Positions 58,592 to 64,000 of a stretch of 64,000 nt of DNA are shown piece by piece. A program made the position numbers and the translations under genes. The notes beneath the pieces were generated by a model. It was given only the letters and a program-made list of their open reading frames with translations, was not told the DNA's origin and searched no databases. This stretch comes from Candidatus Latescibacterota bacterium (lineage in GTDB: Bacteria; Latescibacterota; UBA2968; GCA-2709665): assembly GCA_965203805.1 (NCBI GenBank), contig OZ241917.1, forward strand, positions 2,656,001-2,720,000. Direction: 5' to 3'. Positions within the stretch are counted from its first letter, which is position 1. Each line of letters begins with the position of its first letter.

Positions 58592-61021
58592 CTACAACAT
58601 GGAAACAGGATCGATATCCACGTCCAGGGTCACTGCGGCGCGGCGATTTCGGCCGAATTCGCGCATGGCCCTGTGGGCGAGGACGTTCAGGTGTCTCGAT
58701 GAGGGCGCCTTAAGCACGACCTGCCACCGGTAGCTCCTTCGTATACGGGCAAGCGGCGCCTGCGCGGGCCCCATCACGTCCACGCGCGGTAATGCCATTT
58801 CGCGCAGGGCCTCGGCGCACAGCCCCGCGGTTCGTGCGACGTCCTGTTCACGTCTGCCCTTGAAGAGAAGCAGGGCCATACGGCCGAACGGCGGATAGAG
58901 TACGCTGCGTCGTCCTTCGAGTTCAAGTTCGGCGAACCTGTGAAAGTCATGCTTCCGCGCACACTGCACGGCTTCACTCTCCGGCAGGTGGGTCTGTATG
59001 ACGACCTCGCCGGGAGAACGTCCGCGTCCGGCCCGCCCGCTCACCTGCGTGAGCAGTTGAAACGTGCGCTCACCGGCTCTGAAGTCCGGCAGATGAATGC
59101 CGGTATCGGCAGAAATGACGCCGACAAGGGTGACGCCGGGAAAATCCAGGCCCTTGGCTACCATCTGCGTGCCCAGCAGAACATCAGCCTCGCCCAGCCT
59201 GAAGGACTCAAGGATCCGGTCGTGCGCCCCCTTTCGACGGGTTGTATCGACGTCCATGCGAAGGAGGCGCAATTCAGGGAATTGCGCCTTGAGCGCCTCT
59301 TCCACGCGCTGCGTACCCACACCGGACATCCGCAGGTTGGTTCCCTCGCAAGCGCGGCATGCGGACGGCGCCGGCGTTTCGAAAGCGCAGTAGTGACACA
59401 CCATCCGCCGGCCCGGGGCATGGTACGTGAGCGTGACCCGACAATTCGGGCATTGTACACCCGCGCCACAATCCAGACATTGGACGAATGGCGCATATCC
59501 TCTGCGGTTCTGCAGCAGGATGACCCGCTCTTTTCTTGCGAGGCGGTCCCTGAGTTTTTCCCGCAAGATCCCGGAAAAGAGACCACCGCTCTCTTTCCTC
59601 ATATCAACGAGGATGACATCGGGCAGAGGACGGGAATCGATCCGTTCAGGCAGGGGAAGCAGATGGGATTTTTCGGTATCGACGTTGTGAAAGGACTCGA
59701 GCGCGGGCGTTGCCGAGCCCAGAATGATGGGGATATTCGCCATTTTTGCCCGCATCACGGCAACGTCCCGCCCGTTGTACCGGGGCGCCGGTTCCGACTG
59801 CTTGTAGGCGCCGTCATGTTCCTCGTCCACAACAATAAGGCCAAGGTTTGAAACGGGCGCAAAGACCGCGGAACGCGCGCCGATGACAACGGTCCGCCGG
59901 CCCTCACGGATGTCCCGCCACGCGTCGTAGCGTTCGCCTTCAGACAGGGCGCTGTGGATAACGGCGACCCGGTCGTCGAAATGGGACCTGAAGCTGCGCA
60001 CCGTTTGAGGGGTGAGCGAAATCTCGGGTACCAGTATCAATGCGCCAAGACCGGATCTCAGCACACGTTCGACGGCCCGGATGTAGACCAGTGTTTTGCC
60101 GCTGCCGGTAACTCCGTGAAGGAGAAAGGAACTGAATTTGGGGGGCGCGAGTGAATCCTGGATTTCCTCTAGTGCTTTTTCTTGATGCACGGTGAGCCTA
60201 AGCTGCTCCGGGGTGGCGGACGCCACGTCGGCGTATGGATCCCGCCGGACTTCCCGTTGGAAGATCCGAACCAGCCTGCGGTCAACCAGCGCTTTGAGGA
60301 TGCCCCGCCCGATCCCTGCGCGGATGAGTGCGGCGGCGGGCATTGCGCCCCCGCATGCCCGAAGGCGCCTGAGACATTCCGCCTGTCGGGGCGCCCTGCG
60401 TTTCAGTGCGGGCCATTCCACCGCGAACCACCGCGCATCGGGCACCAGTTGAACCACGCGCTCCCGTTTGGACCTGACCCGGGGATCTTCGATGATCTGA
60501 TGGGTTGTGAGCATGCCCCGTCGAAGCAGGCCGTAGACGGCACTGCGGACACCGTTCCCGCGCAGACGAAGCTGCAGTTGGCGGAGGCTGGCCGGTCCAT
60601 GCGATTGCAGGTGGTCGAGCACCTGCTGTTGGCCGGGGGTGATCGCATCGCGACCGGCGCCGTTTAGGGCGTTGACGGCTATGCGTTGCCCGCTGTGGGT
60701 GTGGATGCCGGCGGGAAGGGCGGCCGTAAGCACTTCGGACAAGGTACAGACATAATAACCCGCCATCCACCGGCAGAGGTCCAGGACGCCCGGAGAGACG
60801 ACGGGATAGCGGTCGAGCAGGATGCCGATGGACTTGACGTTTTCCAGGTCGGTCGTGTCCTGAAAACCGACGACGATGCCCGTCGTCCACCTGGGTCCCA
60901 GGGGAACGAGCGCTCTGTATCCGACTTGAATCTGTTGTCTCAGGTCGTCGGGAACCAGATACGTCATCTCACTGTCGATAGGCGTGGCAAGGGGAACAAT
61001 CTGCGCGTAGTTTGAATCCAT
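58592..61021 (-). CDS. priA: Primosomal protein N' (helicase)
   Basis: GVTGSGKT; LVPEISLTPQ; VDEEHD; GSATP; NRRGY with CxxC pairs; GTQMVAKGLDFP; QVSGRAGR. Start set at MDSNY. Confidence 0.95.
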   Translation of the reverse strand: MDSNYAQIVPLATPIDSEMTYLVPDDLRQQIQVGYRALVPLGPRWTTGIVVGFQDTTDLENVKSIGILLDRYPVVSPGVLDLCRWMAGYYVCTLSEVLTAALPAGIHTHSGQRIAVNALNGAGRDAITPGQQQVLDHLQSHGPASLRQLQLRLRGNGVRSAVYGLLRRGMLTTHQIIEDPRVRSKRERVVQLVPDARWFAVEWPALKRRAPRQAECLRRLRACGGAMPAAALIRAGIGRGILKALVDRRLVRIFQREVRRDPYADVASATPEQLRLTVHQEKALEEIQDSLAPPKFSSFLLHGVTGSGKTLVYIRAVERVLRSGLGALILVPEISLTPQTVRSFRSHFDDRVAVIHSALSEGERYDAWRDIREGRRTVVIGARSAVFAPVSNLGLIVVDEEHDGAYKQSEPAPRYNGRDVAVMRAKMANIPIILGSATPALESFHNVDTEKSHLLPLPERIDSRPLPDVILVDMRKESGGLFSGILREKLRDRLARKERVILLQNRRGYAPFVQCLDCGAGVQCPNCRVTLTYHAPGRRMVCHYCAFETPAPSACRACEGTNLRMSGVGTQRVEEALKAQFPELRLLRMDVDTTRRKGAHDRILESFRLGEADVLLGTQMVAKGLDFPGVTLVGVISADTGIHLPDFRAGERTFQLLTQVSGRAGRGRSPGEVVIQTHLPESEAVQCARKHDFHRFAELELEGRRSVLYPPFGRMALLLFKGRREQDVARTAGLCAEALREMALPRVDVMGPAQAPLARIRRSYRWQVVLKAPSSRHLNVLAHRAMREFGRNRRAAVTLDVDIDPVSML

Positions 61022-61028
61022 TGACGGA

Positions 61029-61925
61029 TCAACGCACGGGAGGCGGGGCCGCGGATTCAATCTCTTCAACCCAGATGGTGGATCGGGAGATGAACAGACG
61101 GTGCTTGCGGCCGTGTTTTGTAGGCAGGGAAACAGGCTTGTCCTGCAGGGAGAGGGAGACGGCGGCGGGGTCTTCAATTTCCACACGGAACCGATCGCGT
61201 GCGGTCCACTTGCGGCTGGTACCGGAAAGCAGGCGGTCTTCGAAGGTGGAATCGCCGTCGCTGAAGACACTCATCCGGGTGTCTACCAGCGCACGAGCGG
61301 ACAGGATGATCTCGTCTTCCCAGATGCCCGAATACTGCTGCGGAAGCGAATAGGACGACACAACCCGATCGCCGCGCAAGGCGTTCCCGGTATCGTCCGG
61401 TTCCCGTGGCGGGGCAGAAAGGGATTCCGGCTTCGCTGCGGCGGCGTGGCCGGCGGCCGCTTCAGGAAGGATCACGACCTCAGGCGCCTTTGAAGTATCC
61501 GGTGCGGATGTCGTCGACTGATTGACGTTCCCCGACATCGGCGATTCCGTCGCGACCTCCGGCGGGGAAGTCGAGTCTTGCATGAGGAAAATGGACGCGA
61601 TAACGAGCGCCAGCACGCAGAGAATCGCCAGAACGCGTCCGAAAGGCAGGGAAAGGTCGCGCCGCGGGCGCGCAACGAACTGACCGGATTCCAGATAGGG
61701 CTTGATCTTATCGTATTTATCCAGGGTTTCATCGACATCGAGGCCGACTTCCTGCGCGTACTTTTTGATGAAGAGCCGAACATAGATATCAGGAAGAATG
61801 TCGTAGTTGCCGGTTTCAATGGCGCGAAGATACTCCGGATTGATCCGCGTCCGGTCGAACAAGTCTTCAAGGGACATCCCGCTGGCTTCGCGATGTGCCC
61901 GCAACTCTGAAGCGAATTCCCGCAT
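61029..61925 (-). CDS. RodZ-like HTH-TM-DUF4115 protein
   Basis: LR..RE..GMSLE....TRI...YL.AIE.G....LP..YVR.FI..YA; single TM helix; Pro/Ala linker. Confidence 0.8.
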   Translation of the reverse strand: MREFASELRAHREASGMSLEDLFDRTRINPEYLRAIETGNYDILPDIYVRLFIKKYAQEVGLDVDETLDKYDKIKPYLESGQFVARPRRDLSLPFGRVLAILCVLALVIASIFLMQDSTSPPEVATESPMSGNVNQSTTSAPDTSKAPEVVILPEAAAGHAAAAKPESLSAPPREPDDTGNALRGDRVVSSYSLPQQYSGIWEDEIILSARALVDTRMSVFSDGDSTFEDRLLSGTSRKWTARDRFRVEIEDPAAVSLSLQDKPVSLPTKHGRKHRLFISRSTIWVEEIESAAPPPVR

Positions 61926-61939
61926 TAGAGGCTCCGAAA

Positions 61940-62545
61940 TCAGTCCTTGCATTGCCCGGCGGCAACCATCAACGACGATGTGCTCACCATGCGTTCGAGG
62001 AGTGAGCAGAAGAGCGAAAGCGGCAACCCCACCACATTGTAGAAACAGCCGGAGATGGAGTGAACGAACGCCGCCGCCCTGCCCTGAACCGCGTACGCGC
62101 CCGCCTTGTCCATGGGTTCCCGCGTTTGAACGTAGTGCCGGATTTCCTCGGGTGTGATCGGTCTCATGGAGACATCCGTGACAGCCACGTCGTGGAGAGA
62201 ACGACCGGACCCGGTATCGATCAACGCCAGGCCGGTATATACCCGGTGCGTCTTTCCGGAGAGCCTGCCCAGCATTTGTACCGCTTCGTCTTCCCCTGCC
62301 GGCTTTTCGAGAATGTCGCCTTGCAGCACGACAACGGTGTCGGCGCCGAGAACGATTTCCTCGTGAAAGTTGGCGGCGACCGCCCGCGCCTTTCGGCTGG
62401 CAATTTCGCGGACGTAGTCGGCGGGTGGAATCGATCCGTCCAAGTTTTCCGAAACATGGCTCGGCACAACGTCAAAGGACATGCCGAGAAGACGCAGAAG
62501 GTCGGACCGCCTCGGTGACGCGGAGGCCAGGATGAGTTTTTTCAT
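61940..62545 (-). CDS. maf: Maf nucleotide pyrophosphatase
   Basis: LILASASPRR; GADTVV; EKP; EPMDKAGAY; NVVGLP. Confidence 0.95.
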   Translation of the reverse strand: MKKLILASASPRRSDLLRLLGMSFDVVPSHVSENLDGSIPPADYVREIASRKARAVAANFHEEIVLGADTVVVLQGDILEKPAGEDEAVQMLGRLSGKTHRVYTGLALIDTGSGRSLHDVAVTDVSMRPITPEEIRHYVQTREPMDKAGAYAVQGRAAAFVHSISGCFYNVVGLPLSLFCSLLERMVSTSSLMVAAGQCKD

Positions 62546-62596
62546 GATGGGAAGTGTATTGCCCGGTACGGCCGCGCGACGGCGAATTCCTGCGTC

Positions 62597-63034
62597 CTAA
62601 GTCTCTATCATGAAGGTAACGGGACCGTCGTTGTGGATCTCAACCTGCATGTTGGCGCCGAACTGCCCCGTGCGTACGGACACACCCCGGCTGCGCAACG
62701 CTTTCACGAAATCTTCATAATACGCCTCGGCCATTTCGGGTGGGGCCGCGCCCGAATAGCCGGGACGGCGGCCCTTCCGGGTGTCGCCATATAGTGTGAA
62801 CTGCGAGACAACCAGTGCCTGCCCTTCGACGTCGAGGAGGGAACGGTTCATCTTTCCCTGCCCGTCTCCGAATATTCGAAGGTGGATGCACTTATCGGCC
62901 AAGTACTGAATGTTGTCCTGGGTGTCCTGGCGACCGACACCCAGGAGAATCAGCATCCCCCGGTCGATTTCGGCGCTGACCTGCCCGTCTATGGACACCG
63001 CGGAACGGCTGACCCGTTGTACAAGCGCGCGCAC
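62597..63034 (-). CDS. dtd: D-aminoacyl-tRNA deacylase
   Basis: VQRV; VSQFTL; GRRP; FGANM; NDGPVT. GTG start. Confidence 0.95.
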   Translation of the reverse strand: MRALVQRVSRSAVSIDGQVSAEIDRGMLILLGVGRQDTQDNIQYLADKCIHLRIFGDGQGKMNRSLLDVEGQALVVSQFTLYGDTRKGRRPGYSGAAPPEMAEAYYEDFVKALRSRGVSVRTGQFGANMQVEIHNDGPVTFMIET

Positions 63035-63205
63035 GCTGGTTCCCGGAGATCGAAAAACGCCACCATCGGGTGGGTTATGTGGAAAAATCGCGGCACGCGG
63101 CACAAGCCGTCATGCCAATGACTAATTTAGCCGATTCACGAGGGCGAAGCAAGGGAAAGAACACGCGGGACGGCGCGGCCGGATCCGGTTCCCTGACCGT
63201 CGTTC

Positions 63206-64000
63206 TCACAGCCCGAAACCGCCCCGGCGATGCTCCAGTTTGATCTGAGGGAAATCCTTGATATTGAGCTTGAAATGGAACCCCTTGTTGAAGCCCGTGG
63301 GATACCAGCTGAACGTGGCCTGCCAGCAGTGAAGGTCTCTGTAGACGTAGATGGACTGGGAGATAAGCCGGCTGTTTATCGGATCAAAGTTGACGGAGTA
63401 GTTGACGCGCCAGGCGCGGGTGGGATTCAGGGCCAGATCTGCCTTTATCCATGAGCGCTTCGTGGATCCGAAGCCCGCCGCAAGAGACTCCCGATGGCTG
63501 AAATAGTGTCCCAGGTTGAAATGCCACGGTTGTGTGACGTCGCCGAAGTCTCTGTAGATGTCGTCTTCGAAGTTAAAGCCCGTACCGGCGGAGGGCAGCA
63601 TGGATCTGTGGGTTCGGAGCGGATCGGATCCCCGATCGGTCCGCCCGCTGAAGCGAAGGCTGGTGTTGACGGTGAGGCTGCGCAGTCGCGGGCGATTCAG
63701 GTTCAGACGGTCCGCGGCGTCGTAAAACGTGTGGGACATATTGAGCCGAACGTCTATCCGGCGGGCCGGCTTTATCGAAGCCGACGTGCGCAGATCGCGC
63801 CATCGCCGCATCGGGTTGGTGTCGAAGTCGTATCCCGTAGAGAAGCTGGCGGTAGCGAATGTGGACCTCCGCACTTTGTCGTCCACCTCGGTCTTGATTT
63901 CGATTGTGTTGTTGAGCCGCATATTGAGGGTTCGCCTGGGGTCGTTCCAGTCCCGGCGGCCGTGAAAGCCCAGAGTAGCGCCCTCGACCCTCCCGCTCCG
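63206..64000 (-). CDS. lptD: Putative LPS-assembly protein LptD (C-terminal part; 5' end outside window)
   Basis: Beta-barrel strands; RDLHCW motif typical of FCB-type LptD. Confidence 0.7.
   Translation of the reverse strand, partial: RSGRVEGATLGFHGRRDWNDPRRTLNMRLNNTIEIKTEVDDKVRRSTFATASFSTGYDFDTNPMRRWRDLRTSASIKPARRIDVRLNMSHTFYDAADRLNLNRPRLRSLTVNTSLRFSGRTDRGSDPLRTHRSMLPSAGTGFNFEDDIYRDFGDVTQPWHFNLGHYFSHRESLAAGFGSTKRSWIKADLALNPTRAWRVNYSVNFDPINSRLISQSIYVYRDLHCWQATFSWYPTGFNKGFHFKLNIKDFPQIKLEHRRGGFGL

Overview
High-GC bacterial chromosomal window. The LptD-like, GWxTD and DUF4159/DUF4175/MoxR content suggests an FCB-group lineage such as Latescibacterota or Gemmatimonadota (inference only). Left to right: two nfeD-type genes, tRNA-Met(CAT), a hydrolase/methyltransferase trio, a putative glycan-catabolic locus (heparinase II/III-like, alpha/alpha-toroid protein, epimerase, TIM-barrel isomerase, DUF362), an S9 peptidase and an FAD oxidase. 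Next come an ARG-box-controlled argRCBDGH operon ending in a degenerate primase-polymerase-like ORF, assorted enzymes and a GWxTD protein. The main accessory region (34.1-40.6 kb) is a 4-gene candidate anti-phage module: ABC-type ATPase, DUF4276/TOPRIM-like protein, Zn-ribbon-Vsr/DUF559-RecQ helicase fusion and a coiled-coil protein, bracketed by a 16/17-bp inverted repeat. Further right, an AAA-DUF4143 cassette sits between two copies of an oxidoreductase 3' end, followed by a MoxR/DUF58/DUF4175/DUF4159 cluster and housekeeping genes (wzx-like flippase, priA, rodZ-like, maf, dtd, lptD-like). All family calls come from motif recognition by eye; no database searches were run.
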